Source of the DNA: a virus
Direction: 5' to 3' (one strand)
IMG/VR virus record: IMGVR_UViG_3300007512_001547
Span: 73,584 to 137,583 of that record
Length of the DNA: 64,000 nt
Below the pieces are notes generated by a model. It worked only from the letters and a program-made list of their open reading frames with translations. It was not told the origin of the DNA and ran no database searches. The position numbers and the translations under genes are program-made. Positions 28,168 to 37,753 of the stretch are shown in pieces. The number at the start of each line of letters is the position of its first letter. Within the stretch, counting starts at the first letter, position 1.

Positions 28168-29153
28168 TGACCCACATATTAGTTGATACAGCAAACACAT
28201 TTTTTCGTGCTAGGCATGTAATTAGAGGAGACACGTCTGAAAAAATAGGTATGGCTATCCATATCACTATGAACTCTATTAAAAAAGCATGGCAAGACTT
28301 TAACGGTACACACATGGTTTTCTGTTTAGAAGGACGTAGTTGGCGTAAAGACCACTATACTCCATACAAAAAAAATAGAAAAGAAGTGTTTGAAGCAATG
28401 ACTGAAAAAGAGAAAGATGAAAATAAAGTATTTTGGGAGTGTTATGATGATTTTATTGATTTTATTAAAACAAAAACCAATGTTACTGTATTACAAAACT
28501 CACGTTGCGAAGCAGATGACTTAATTGCACGTTGGATTGATAAGCATCCAAACAAAAAACACGTAATTTTAAGTACTGACAAAGATCTAAATCAACTTGT
28601 AAGTGAAAATGTTAAGCAATACAACGGTATTACAGAAACCACTATTACACACGAAGGTTGGTTTGACGGAAAAGGAAATGAAATTATAGACAAGAAAACA
28701 AAAACACCAAAAGGAGCACCAAATCCAGAGTGGATTATATTCGAAAAAAGTATGAGAGGCGATCCTAGTGATAATATTTTTAGTGCATACCCTGGTGTTA
28801 GAACAAAAGGCACTAAAAATAAAATAGGATTGCAAGAAGCATTTGCAGATCGTAATGAAAAAGGATATACTTGGAATAATATAATGTTATCTAAATGGGT
28901 TGATACAGAAGGTACTGAACATAGAGTAATAGACGATTACGAAAGAAACAAGTTATTAGTAGATCTTCACGCACAACCAGAAGCCATTGTAGAAGAACTA
29001 GATCAAACGATTACACAGGCTAAGGCAGAAAATAAAAGTATAGATCAAGTTGGAATCAGATTCATGAGGTTCTGTGCCAAGTATGATTTAAATAGAATTA
29101 GTGAGCAGGCTCAACTATACGTAGAGCCCTTTAATGCGAGGTTAAGTGTATGA
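28167..29153 (+). CDS. 5'-3' exonuclease / T4 RNase H-like (FEN1/PIN fold)
   Basis: LVDTAN, SWRKD.Y..YK..R, EADDLIA, STDKD, GDPSDNI. Confidence 0.92.
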   Translation: MTHILVDTANTFFRARHVIRGDTSEKIGMAIHITMNSIKKAWQDFNGTHMVFCLEGRSWRKDHYTPYKKNRKEVFEAMTEKEKDENKVFWECYDDFIDFIKTKTNVTVLQNSRCEADDLIARWIDKHPNKKHVILSTDKDLNQLVSENVKQYNGITETTITHEGWFDGKGNEIIDKKTKTPKGAPNPEWIIFEKSMRGDPSDNIFSAYPGVRTKGTKNKIGLQEAFADRNEKGYTWNNIMLSKWVDTEGTEHRVIDDYERNKLLVDLHAQPEAIVEELDQTITQAKAENKSIDQVGIRFMRFCAKYDLNRISEQAQLYVEPFNARLSV

Positions 29154-29665
29154 CAATAAAAGCAAAAACACTTGTAAAAGACAAGTTTTGGATTGTTGAA
29201 GAACGCGGTCAAAAATTAGGTACCCTTCAAAAAAAAGAAGATAATGGTTGGATCTTTTTAAGTAAAAAAGATCATAGACAAGTGTTTCACACACAGGAGA
29301 GCCTGTTCACCAAATTTGGTTTTAATATTTTTAAAGAGAAAATTAAAGAAGTAGAAGAAAAGTCAGTTGATAAATGGGACGTAAAACAAGCACAAGATTT
29401 TGAAGTACATGGCTATCCATGTTCACAAAAACCTTATAATTCATTATGGGACGTACAAAAAAAATTACCTCTGTATACAAAAACACCAAAATCCAAATCA
29501 ATGTTTTGTGCAGGTTATTACATTGTAAAATTTGAAACTGTAAATTGGCGTAAAGCATACTGTCCAAAAATTATTACACTACAAAGGTATCCTTACAAAG
29601 GACCTATAAAATCAAAAACTGAAATGGTATCACAACTAAATGACGCACTCAAAAATTCAAACTAA
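29150..29665 (+). CDS. Hypothetical protein
   Basis: 171 aa, ATGA overlap with the exonuclease. Confidence 0.75.
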   Translation: MTIKAKTLVKDKFWIVEERGQKLGTLQKKEDNGWIFLSKKDHRQVFHTQESLFTKFGFNIFKEKIKEVEEKSVDKWDVKQAQDFEVHGYPCSQKPYNSLWDVQKKLPLYTKTPKSKSMFCAGYYIVKFETVNWRKAYCPKIITLQRYPYKGPIKSKTEMVSQLNDALKNSN

Positions 29666-29888
29666 ACCAATTGAAGATTTGCTAGGTAGAATAAGAACCT
29701 TACGTCAAAAAGGTGAACGTGAAATTAGGATACCAGCTAGTGAAGCTGACAAGTTAGCAGATTCTTTATCACAAGTCATGACAAGAATAGTCACTATTCA
29801 AGAAGAAATAATTGAAGCACTCAAAACTGCCAAAGAAGCACAAACGATCAATATTGAGATGGACGGTGGCGACTTTAATAAAAAATAG
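29640..29888 (+). CDS. Hypothetical protein
   Basis: 82 aa helical, ends MDGGDF. Confidence 0.7.
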   Translation: MTHSKIQTKPIEDLLGRIRTLRQKGEREIRIPASEADKLADSLSQVMTRIVTIQEEIIEALKTAKEAQTINIEMDGGDFNKK

Positions 29889-29919
29889 TAATACAATTAT
29901 TGGTAAATATAGTTGTATC

Positions 29920-30207
29920 ATGAGCAGGCCAAAACCAACAGTGTTACTACAGCACAGTAATAAAACTACCTATAAAATGGACGAAGTCCTTGCGGCTGAA
30001 GGCATATGGGCAGTTTTTTATGATGGTAAACCAATCAACTTAAAATCGTCAAGTTTGGTTGCGAATTATCCAGGACCAAAATACAAGAAAGTATCATTCT
30101 CTAATCCAGGCCATGCAGAGAATTTGGCTAAGAAGTTAAACACACAACACAACACCGATAAATTTGGTGTGTATCTTTTAAAAACTGGCGACAAATTCTC
30201 TAGATAA
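29920..30207 (+). CDS. Hypothetical protein
   Basis: Likely start MSRPKP at 29920, after TAAATA (29904-29909). Confidence 0.7.
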   Translation: MSRPKPTVLLQHSNKTTYKMDEVLAAEGIWAVFYDGKPINLKSSSLVANYPGPKYKKVSFSNPGHAENLAKKLNTQHNTDKFGVYLLKTGDKFSR

Positions 30208-30215
30208 TTAAGTGT

Positions 30216-30611
30216 ATGGACACAAAGACAGCCTACACTCGAACCTTCCTTACACTCAAGGAACAACCATTACACGATGAAAGTATAAAAGCGGCTTATT
30301 TTAGTTGGTGGCAAAATGTACGAGAAAGCTACCAAGCAAGATCACTGAGATTAACAAAAATAGGCTATGAATGTGTGAAATCCTTAGATATTAAAACCTA
30401 TGAAATTAAATTTCCTGCTAAAATCATATTCAGACCACAAACATTTTTATGGTTAGATGAATTTGTTGACTGCCCATATTATGTAGACAAAAAGCAAATT
30501 GTTGTAACCATGGAAAAAATGGCATTACAACTCATGATGTTTGCTGGAGATGTAACAAAATACGGTTTAGCACGGGCTATGAGCAAGGCCGATGAGGGGA
30601 AAAATACGTGA
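30216..30611 (+). CDS. Hypothetical protein
   Basis: 131 aa; ATAATTA variant 5 nt upstream. Confidence 0.7.
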   Translation: MDTKTAYTRTFLTLKEQPLHDESIKAAYFSWWQNVRESYQARSLRLTKIGYECVKSLDIKTYEIKFPAKIIFRPQTFLWLDEFVDCPYYVDKKQIVVTMEKMALQLMMFAGDVTKYGLARAMSKADEGKNT

Positions 30612-31765
30612 ACCAATATTCATGTGAATTTATAGACAAAGGATTATTTGTTTCTCACAGAGGAACAAGTTTATGTTGTGTTAATGAACAAATCGAAAAA
30701 CCAACGCAACTACCAAGCAAATTTTGGAATAGTAAAAAAAGACAACAAGCTATAATTAGAAGTCACAAAGATATGCCTGTCGATGGCTGTGCTTCTTGTT
30801 ATAGACTTGAAAGTAAAAAGTTGCCAAGTAATAGGACAAGATTGAAAAAACACAATTCTCTTCCTACCAAAGATCTACCAGTACTTTTAGATTTAGATTT
30901 TAGCAATTTATGTAATTTAAAATGTATAATGTGCAATTCAGAACGTAGTTCTGAGTTGGCAAAAGACAAAAAACTATATGTAAACAATAAAGGAGTATCT
31001 CAAGTTTCTAAACAAGTTATAGATGACCTAATTAATATATCCGCAGAAGTAAAAGAAATTCAAATACAAGGTGGAGAACCTAGTATTATGGAAGATAACA
31101 ATTATTATTTTCAAAGGCTTGACGAAAAAGGTTACTCAAAAAACATAACCGTATTGATTAACATAAATGGTACAAATTTAAATAAAAAATTTTGTAATTC
31201 TTTAAAAAATTTTAAATCAGTTAGATTAAGTGTTAGCATAGACAGTTATGGGTTAGCAAACAACTATATTAGATGGCCTAGTAAATTTGAAGCAATTGAT
31301 AAAAACGTTCGTGCATTAGCCAAATACAAAAATTTCCATACAGAAGTTTTTAGCACAATTAACGTATTATCTTTATTCGATTACAAAAACTTTTTATTTT
31401 GGTGTAAAGAAATGGAATCATTTTATGCTACAAACGGAAAAACCTTTAGAGTTACACCATCAAAAATATTAAATCCAATTTATTATAGTCCATTTATTGC
31501 AACAAACAATCTTAAAGATTACTTTATACACCAAATAAACGATTTTTTACAATATAATAATTTAACCCATAATAGCAAATGGAAATTAGAAATGTTAATG
31601 TTTTTAAAATCGTTAAAAGAAGCAAAAACAAACCATAATGCAATAAAACAATTAATGTATCAAGTAAAATACCTTGATGAGCAACGAAATACAAGCATTG
31701 AGCATTTTATTCCTAATTTTTCTCTTCTTCTGGACAAAAATCCTAGTAAAATAGCGACTTTTTAG
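30608..31765 (+). CDS. N-terminal twitch-domain radical SAM protein (copy 5)
   Basis: GTG start; SCEF...LCC...CASCY..E..SNR; NLCNLKCIMC; QGGEP. Confidence 0.92.
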   Translation: MNQYSCEFIDKGLFVSHRGTSLCCVNEQIEKPTQLPSKFWNSKKRQQAIIRSHKDMPVDGCASCYRLESKKLPSNRTRLKKHNSLPTKDLPVLLDLDFSNLCNLKCIMCNSERSSELAKDKKLYVNNKGVSQVSKQVIDDLINISAEVKEIQIQGGEPSIMEDNNYYFQRLDEKGYSKNITVLININGTNLNKKFCNSLKNFKSVRLSVSIDSYGLANNYIRWPSKFEAIDKNVRALAKYKNFHTEVFSTINVLSLFDYKNFLFWCKEMESFYATNGKTFRVTPSKILNPIYYSPFIATNNLKDYFIHQINDFLQYNNLTHNSKWKLEMLMFLKSLKEAKTNHNAIKQLMYQVKYLDEQRNTSIEHFIPNFSLLLDKNPSKIATF

Positions 31766-31778
31766 CCATAATACCAGG

Positions 31779-31806
31779 TTGACGTATTACAATACTATGT
31801 TATTAT
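31779..31806 (+). promoter_or_regulatory. sigma70-type promoter with extended -10
   Basis: TTGACG-N16-TATTAT with TGn; SD AGGAG before ATG 31839. Confidence 0.6.
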
Positions 31807-31838
31807 AGTATTATAAACATTTAAACAGGAGTGTACAA

Positions 31839-32942
31839 ATGGCAAGAACCAAAAACAAAGAACAAGCAATAGGCAGTCAAAATAGAACTGTAACGCCAAA
31901 CGAGGCAAAATCAGCATTAACACATTGTATCAAATTACAAAGACCAATAATGATGTGGGGGGCACCTGGTATTGGTAAATCCGACATAGTTAAACAAATT
32001 GCAGATTCACAAAAAAGAGAAGTTATCGATATTAGACTTCCTTTATGGGAACCTACAGATATTAAGGGTATTCCTTATTACAATTCAAAAGAAAACAACA
32101 TGGTTTGGGCTAGTCCTGCAGAACTGCCAACTGATCTTAAATCGACTGCTATTGTATTCTTAGATGAATTGAACTCAGCGGCACCGGCAGTACAAGCGGC
32201 GGCTTATCAACTTATTTTAAACAGAAGAGTAGGACAATATCATTTGCCAGAAGGCGTTTCAATTGTAGCGGCTGGTAATAGAGATAGTGATAAAGGTGTC
32301 ACTTACAGAATGCCTGCTCCGTTAGCCAACAGATTTGTTCACATTGAACTAAGAGTGGACTATGACGATTGGTTACAATGGGCAACAGACAAACATATCC
32401 ATTCTGATGTGGTAGGTTATTGCACATTCGCAAAACAAGATTTATATGATTTTGATCCTAAAGGATCAAGTAGATCATTCGCAACTCCGAGATCATGGAG
32501 TTTCGTATCACAACTTCTATCAGATGACCTGCCAGAAAGTACGCTCACTGACCTCGTTGCAGGTTGCGTAGGAGAAGGCCTGGCCGTTAAGTTTATGAAT
32601 CATCGTAAGGTTAGCGGTCAGTTACCTAACCCATCTGATATATTGAGCGGTAAGGTTAAAGATCTTAAAACTAAAGAAATATCAGCGATGTATTCACTTA
32701 CAGTTTCGTTGTGTTATGAATTACAACAGGCACATGAAAAGAAAGTGAAAAATTGGAACGAACAAGCAGATAGATTTTTTCACTATATGATGGACAACTT
32801 TGAAACAGAGTTGGTTGTTATGGGTGCTAAAATTGCACTGACAAACTATAAACTTCCGTTCGATCCTAGCAAGTTGAAATCATTTGATAGGTTCCATAAG
32901 AAGTTTGGCAAGTATGTCATAACTGCTATGGAGTCTAAATAA
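31839..32942 (+). CDS. MoxR-like AAA+ ATPase
   Basis: Walker A GAPGIGKS, Walker B LFLDELN-type (VFLDELN), AAGN, Arg finger PLANRF. Confidence 0.92.
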   Translation: MARTKNKEQAIGSQNRTVTPNEAKSALTHCIKLQRPIMMWGAPGIGKSDIVKQIADSQKREVIDIRLPLWEPTDIKGIPYYNSKENNMVWASPAELPTDLKSTAIVFLDELNSAAPAVQAAAYQLILNRRVGQYHLPEGVSIVAAGNRDSDKGVTYRMPAPLANRFVHIELRVDYDDWLQWATDKHIHSDVVGYCTFAKQDLYDFDPKGSSRSFATPRSWSFVSQLLSDDLPESTLTDLVAGCVGEGLAVKFMNHRKVSGQLPNPSDILSGKVKDLKTKEISAMYSLTVSLCYELQQAHEKKVKNWNEQADRFFHYMMDNFETELVVMGAKIALTNYKLPFDPSKLKSFDRFHKKFGKYVITAMESK

Positions 32943-32945
32943 TGT
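32927..32945 (+). repeat. 19-bp direct repeat flanking an inserted gene (copy 2 at 33640-33658)
   Basis: TATGGAGTCTAAATAATGT at both ends of ORF 32942-33655; extends to 25 bp with 2 mismatches. Confidence 0.92.
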
Positions 32946-33655
32946 ATTACCGAGGACCAATAGATTATAAAAAAAGTAAAAATTTTTCAAATAATGATGA
33001 ATGTATTTGGATAGTATATCCTCCGGGTGCAGGAGGAGATTTACTTGCAACAATAATTAATTATCATTATTTAGAAACAGGTTCTTCATTTTTTGGAATA
33101 AGTGATCGAGGAAAAGTTATGTTTTCTCCTACTGATGGAAAAACTGCTGGATTAGAAGTTGAAGGTACTATTATCTTTAATAAACAACTAATCCATGACA
33201 TTAATAACGAAATTGGAAAAAATACATTATCATATAATATGTTAGATATGGTTCTATTTTCTAATCATAATTGGAGAGATTGCGTTGTTGAAAACATATT
33301 ATCTTTTTTTAAAAAAGCAAAAATAATAAGAATACTACCAAAAAATAAAAATGAAGCAGAGATTATTAAATGGCTGAGTATGTTTAAAAACCTATCTAAA
33401 AACCTATCATTTGATGATGATATAATAAAACAAGTCTCATTTGAAAAATTTAAAACTAATTTACAAGATGAAAGATTATTTGAAATAAAATTTCATGAGT
33501 TATTAAATAAAAAAAAATTTGAGAACGTTTATACAAGATTAATAAAATATTTAAATCTACCGTGCAAATTAATTAGTTTTGATTTTATAGAATTTTGGTT
33601 AAGTAACCAACATCCAACAATTAGAAAAAATTTAACTAGTATGGAGTCTAAATAA
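32942..33655 (+). CDS. Inserted accessory gene, YxxGxxGxxL family
   Basis: IWIVYPPGAGGDLLATII; AT-richer than its neighbours; ends MESK like the upstream ATPase. Confidence 0.8.
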   Translation: MYYRGPIDYKKSKNFSNNDECIWIVYPPGAGGDLLATIINYHYLETGSSFFGISDRGKVMFSPTDGKTAGLEVEGTIIFNKQLIHDINNEIGKNTLSYNMLDMVLFSNHNWRDCVVENILSFFKKAKIIRILPKNKNEAEIIKWLSMFKNLSKNLSFDDDIIKQVSFEKFKTNLQDERLFEIKFHELLNKKKFENVYTRLIKYLNLPCKLISFDFIEFWLSNQHPTIRKNLTSMESK

Positions 33656-34890
33656 TGTCAGACTACCATAATCAAAAAATCATAGACAAACTAGTGACAG
33701 CGAGGATTGCCTTACTATTGAAACACCCTTTCTTTGGCAACCTTGCTACTAGATTGAAACTTGTGAATGCAGATGATTGGTGTCCTACTGCTGGTACAGA
33801 TGGTAGATACTTTTATTACAATACAAAATTTATAGATTCACTTACACCAAAAGAAGCAGAGTTCTTATTTGGTCATGAAGTTCTACATAATGTATTTGAA
33901 CATATGTTAGTTAGAATTGGAAATAGAGATCCACAACTTTGGAACATAGCGGCAGACTATGCCGTTAACCAAATACTTGTTGACGGAAAAATTGGAGAAA
34001 TGCCAAAGGGTAAAAAAGGTGAGAACAAAGGCTTCCAAGATGAAAAATACAAGGATTGGCCAGCAGAAAGAATATATGATGACATCTATAAACAAGCCAA
34101 AAAGAATGGTAAGAAGATGTTAGACAAATTAGGTAAACTTATGGACGAACACGTTGATTGGGGCAAAGAGCCAGGATCAGGTGGAAAAGGAAAAGATAAA
34201 AACGGAAAAGGAAAACAACCAGTTTATTCTAAAGAAGAATTAAAAAAAATCAGAGACGAAGTAAAAGAAGCAATGGTGAGTGCCGCACAATCTACAGGTG
34301 CAGGTAACTTACCGGGGGCTTTACAAAGATTAGTTGCTGACTTAACAGAACCAAAAATGGATTGGAGAGAAATACTTCAACAACAAATTATGAGTACAAT
34401 TAAATCAGATTATACCTGGATGAGACCTAGTAGAAAATCATGGCACACATCTGCTATACTACCAGGACAAAACAATGACGAAATGATTGATATATGTTTG
34501 GCTCTTGATGCTTCTGGTTCGATAAGCAATGAACAATGTAAAGAATTTTTGACAGAAGTAAAAAACATAATGGATCAATACAAAGATTTTAGAATACATC
34601 TTTGGACTTTTGACACAGAAGTTTTTAATCCAAAAGTGTTTACACCAGATAATGCAGATGAATTATTAGATTATAAATTAGGTTCAGGTGGTGGTACAGA
34701 GTTTGAATGTAATTGGGATTATATGAAAAGAGAAGGTATAGAACCTAAAAAATTTATAATGTTTACAGATGGTTGGCCATTTAATAGTTGGGGAGATGAA
34801 ACTTATTGTGATACAATATTTTTAATTAATAACCCATACGAAAGAGGAATAGAAGCACCATTTGGAATGACTGTACAATACAATGACTAA
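33655..34890 (+). CDS. Metallopeptidase-like (HExxH) plus vWA domain protein, partner of the AAA ATPase
   Basis: HEVLH, NIAADYAVN, MIDAS-type LALDASGS (DxSxS), GGGT, FTDG. Confidence 0.9.
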   Translation: MSDYHNQKIIDKLVTARIALLLKHPFFGNLATRLKLVNADDWCPTAGTDGRYFYYNTKFIDSLTPKEAEFLFGHEVLHNVFEHMLVRIGNRDPQLWNIAADYAVNQILVDGKIGEMPKGKKGENKGFQDEKYKDWPAERIYDDIYKQAKKNGKKMLDKLGKLMDEHVDWGKEPGSGGKGKDKNGKGKQPVYSKEELKKIRDEVKEAMVSAAQSTGAGNLPGALQRLVADLTEPKMDWREILQQQIMSTIKSDYTWMRPSRKSWHTSAILPGQNNDEMIDICLALDASGSISNEQCKEFLTEVKNIMDQYKDFRIHLWTFDTEVFNPKVFTPDNADELLDYKLGSGGGTEFECNWDYMKREGIEPKKFIMFTDGWPFNSWGDETYCDTIFLINNPYERGIEAPFGMTVQYND

Positions 34891-35188
34891 TATGCTTTAC
34901 CAAACTATAACCCCAGGCTTATATGCACAAATAAATATTTGCATGATTAAAACAGCCAAAGAACATTTAGAAAATAGTAAAATGAATTATCAAAAACATT
35001 TTACTCATTCATTATACAATGCTTATCTATTAACAATAATCGTTTTTAGTTCTGTTATCCATGCATTCTTTCCTATGGTGTTAAGACAACATGCCGCTAG
35101 AGGAGTTGTAAGAATTTATAATTCTATGAAAAAACATGCACACCTAAGAAAAATGATTAATGATGAGAGCAAAAATGTTAAAGATTAA
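34883..35188 (+). CDS. Small hypothetical protein (DUF6356-like)
   Basis: KEHLENSKMNY.KH....L.....L......IHAFFP pattern; true start may be the downstream MIKTAK. Confidence 0.6.
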   Translation: MTNMLYQTITPGLYAQINICMIKTAKEHLENSKMNYQKHFTHSLYNAYLLTIIVFSSVIHAFFPMVLRQHAARGVVRIYNSMKKHAHLRKMINDESKNVKD

Positions 35189-35444
35189 TCCAAAAAACTT
35201 TTACCAAAGAGAATTACATATATTACCACCACATTTTGTTAATACTGTAATAAAAGCAACTGAATACGATGTTGAGAACATACGAACATGGATTTATGAA
35301 CATTGTTCAGGTAGATATTCAATTACCAATGATATAATAACATACAACGACAAAACTAAACCTGTTACTGTTTTTGGATTTGAAAACCCAGGTGATCTTA
35401 CTCTATTTGCGTTAAGCGGTCTAGCTCAAAACAATCAAAAATAA
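35160..35444 (+). CDS. Hypothetical protein
   Basis: 94 aa, WIYEHCSGRY...VFGFENPGD. Confidence 0.7.
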   Translation: MMRAKMLKINPKNFYQRELHILPPHFVNTVIKATEYDVENIRTWIYEHCSGRYSITNDIITYNDKTKPVTVFGFENPGDLTLFALSGLAQNNQK

Positions 35445-35447
35445 CTA

Positions 35448-35476
35448 TTGCATTTGATAATTAATTTTAGTATAAT
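35448..35476 (+). promoter_or_regulatory. sigma70-type promoter
   Basis: TTGCAT-N17-TATAAT; SD AGGAG before ATG 35521. Confidence 0.75.
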
Positions 35477-35520
35477 ATATGTATATTAAATAACTAATTG
35501 CAATTAGGAGAAATACAAAA

Positions 35521-35829
35521 ATGGCAACAAAAAAGAGAACTTTAAAAAAGCCAACAACTGCCACTACAAAGGCACCAACAGAAACGGCTACAGCTAATTC
35601 GGCACCAGCAGGTGGACCACAACCAGATCCTAATGCTTTATCAATTGGCGACTTAAAAAATCTTTCATCAATACTTGATGTAGCATCTACAAGAGGTGCA
35701 TTCAAGGCTGGAGAAATGGCAGGTGTAGGATTTTTATATAACAAACTTCAGGCGTTCTTAGCCAAAGTGGCACCACCTGAACCTGCGAAAGAAGCAGAAC
35801 CTACAACAACAGGCACAGGAGGAAAATAA
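35521..35829 (+). CDS. Hypothetical protein
   Basis: 102 aa; low-complexity ends, core ILDVASTRGAFKAGEM..VG.LYNKL. Confidence 0.75.
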   Translation: MATKKRTLKKPTTATTKAPTETATANSAPAGGPQPDPNALSIGDLKNLSSILDVASTRGAFKAGEMAGVGFLYNKLQAFLAKVAPPEPAKEAEPTTTGTGGK

Positions 35830-35830
35830 T

Positions 35831-36379
35831 ATGCCACTAGTAAATGTAAACAACCAGGCTATGCCAATGGATAGTGGAACAGGTAAACCTGGAGAAGGAC
35901 AAACAGGTCCGAGAAGACACTTCAAACATATTGGAGAACTTGCGGATGAAAGTAAGGCAAAGGTAGTAATTGTTTATAGAACTGTACCAGGTGAACCAAA
36001 TAACTGTTTGATAGTAGGTACAAAATTTTTACCTGACCTATACCACAATGCACTAATGAGAGCAGTAGAATCAGATGGTGGGCAAGACGCAAAAGAACTA
36101 GGTGAATTTTTAGGCAGACAAACATTTCCAGATGGAACTAATATGTTGGCCGTATTACATAATGACAACTATATTAAAAAGTTTACAACTAAAGAGATTA
36201 TAGTTACTTTTGGAAATACTGTAGAAGGTAGAATTGCACTAAACAAATTAAACGAACAAATGGCAAGAGATCTAGGTGTTAAAGTATCTGAATTAGCAGT
36301 CAAAGACGAAACACCAGTTACGGCTGAAGCGGCTACTACTAAAAAAGCAGATGCCAAAAAAACTACCGCCAAAAAATAG
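35831..36379 (+). CDS. Hypothetical protein
   Basis: 182 aa, FKHIGE...VVIVYRTVPGEP. Confidence 0.75.
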   Translation: MPLVNVNNQAMPMDSGTGKPGEGQTGPRRHFKHIGELADESKAKVVIVYRTVPGEPNNCLIVGTKFLPDLYHNALMRAVESDGGQDAKELGEFLGRQTFPDGTNMLAVLHNDNYIKKFTTKEIIVTFGNTVEGRIALNKLNEQMARDLGVKVSELAVKDETPVTAEAATTKKADAKKTTAKK

Positions 36380-36695
36380 TAGTTGGGTACAATTAACAAA
36401 AGATTTTGTTAAGGAATGGCCCGAGATTCTTGAAGGATTACACTTCAAGAATATGCCCGTCAAATATCTACTTTACTGCAATATTAATCTTAAAAATCAT
36501 ATAACGATACATTATGATATTAAAAAAGAATTAAAAATTAAAAGTCAAGATTCTATAGCACGTTTTCTTAAAAAAACAATTGAAGCAAATTACTTTAAAA
36601 TTAAAAATGTAGATTTGAAATTTGATATTCCTGCACTAAAACGTGATATGGAATCACGAACAAATACAATATTAGCAAAAACTTTTAAGAAATAA
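36351..36695 (+). CDS. Hypothetical protein
   Basis: 114 aa, overlaps both neighbours. Confidence 0.7.
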   Translation: MPKKLPPKNSSWVQLTKDFVKEWPEILEGLHFKNMPVKYLLYCNINLKNHITIHYDIKKELKIKSQDSIARFLKKTIEANYFKIKNVDLKFDIPALKRDMESRTNTILAKTFKK

Positions 36696-37753
36696 TGATA
36701 GCACTATCTGGTTTTGGCTACGAAAGAAAGCTAAAAAATCCATCTAAGGCATTTGCCGAAACATGGAAGTCTAAAAGTTTTATCAACGGGCCTGCTGTAA
36801 AAGAATTTGAAAAGCAGTTTGCTCAATACTGTGGCACAAATCATTGTGTTGCAGTAAGTTCATGCACATCTGCACTACACTTATCACTTCTAGCCTTAGG
36901 TATTGGACCAGGAGACGAAGTTATTACTGTACCATACACTTGGGTCAGTACAGTTGAGGTTATAAAACAAGTAGGCGCCACACCAGTATTTGCTGACATA
37001 AGTCTTAATGATATGTGTATAGATCCAAAGGAAGTCGCTAAAAAAATAAACAATAAAACTAAAGCAATCATTGGTGTAGATCTTTATGGAAATGTATGCG
37101 ATATAGACGAATTAAAAAAGTTTAATGTTCCAGTTATACAAGATTCTGCACAAAGCACAGGTGCTTTTTATAAAAGCAAAAGAGTGGGTAGTGTTGCTGA
37201 CTTAACTTGTTTTAGTTTCTATCCTACAAAAAATTTAAGTTGTTGGGGAGATGCGGGTGCTGTCACAGGCAATGAAAAATATTTAAAAACAATCAGGCAA
37301 TTGAGAAACCATGGTCAGTCTACTAGATTTAAAATGCATATGGTTGGATGGAATGCAAGAATGGATTCGATACAAGCAGAAGTGCTTCTTAACAAACTAC
37401 CAGAATTAGACAAACACAATGCCAGACGTAGAGCAAATGCTACACTGTACAATGGAACCCTATGGAAGTCTGTGGAAATACCAGTCCAAAATATTAACAG
37501 TTTACACGTCTATCATCAATACATAATAAAACATAAAAAAATTAACAACATCGAAAAGGCTTTACTAGGCAAGGGAATACAGTCTAGAAGATACTATCCA
37601 ACACCTTTACACAAAACAGAAACATACAAAGATGAAAATTCTTATCCAAATTCTGAATATTGTAGCAGTAATGCATTGGCAATTCCTGTACATCAATATT
37701 TGACAGATAGCGAAGTTAAAACTATAATAAAAACTATTAAAGAAGCAACATGA
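36695..37753 (+). CDS. DegT/DnrJ/EryC1/StrS PLP-dependent sugar aminotransferase
   Basis: SSCTSALHLSL, DSAQS, FSFYPTKNL..GDAG (PLP Lys), G.N.RMD.IQA. Confidence 0.95.
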   Translation: MIALSGFGYERKLKNPSKAFAETWKSKSFINGPAVKEFEKQFAQYCGTNHCVAVSSCTSALHLSLLALGIGPGDEVITVPYTWVSTVEVIKQVGATPVFADISLNDMCIDPKEVAKKINNKTKAIIGVDLYGNVCDIDELKKFNVPVIQDSAQSTGAFYKSKRVGSVADLTCFSFYPTKNLSCWGDAGAVTGNEKYLKTIRQLRNHGQSTRFKMHMVGWNARMDSIQAEVLLNKLPELDKHNARRRANATLYNGTLWKSVEIPVQNINSLHVYHQYIIKHKKINNIEKALLGKGIQSRRYYPTPLHKTETYKDENSYPNSEYCSSNALAIPVHQYLTDSEVKTIIKTIKEAT

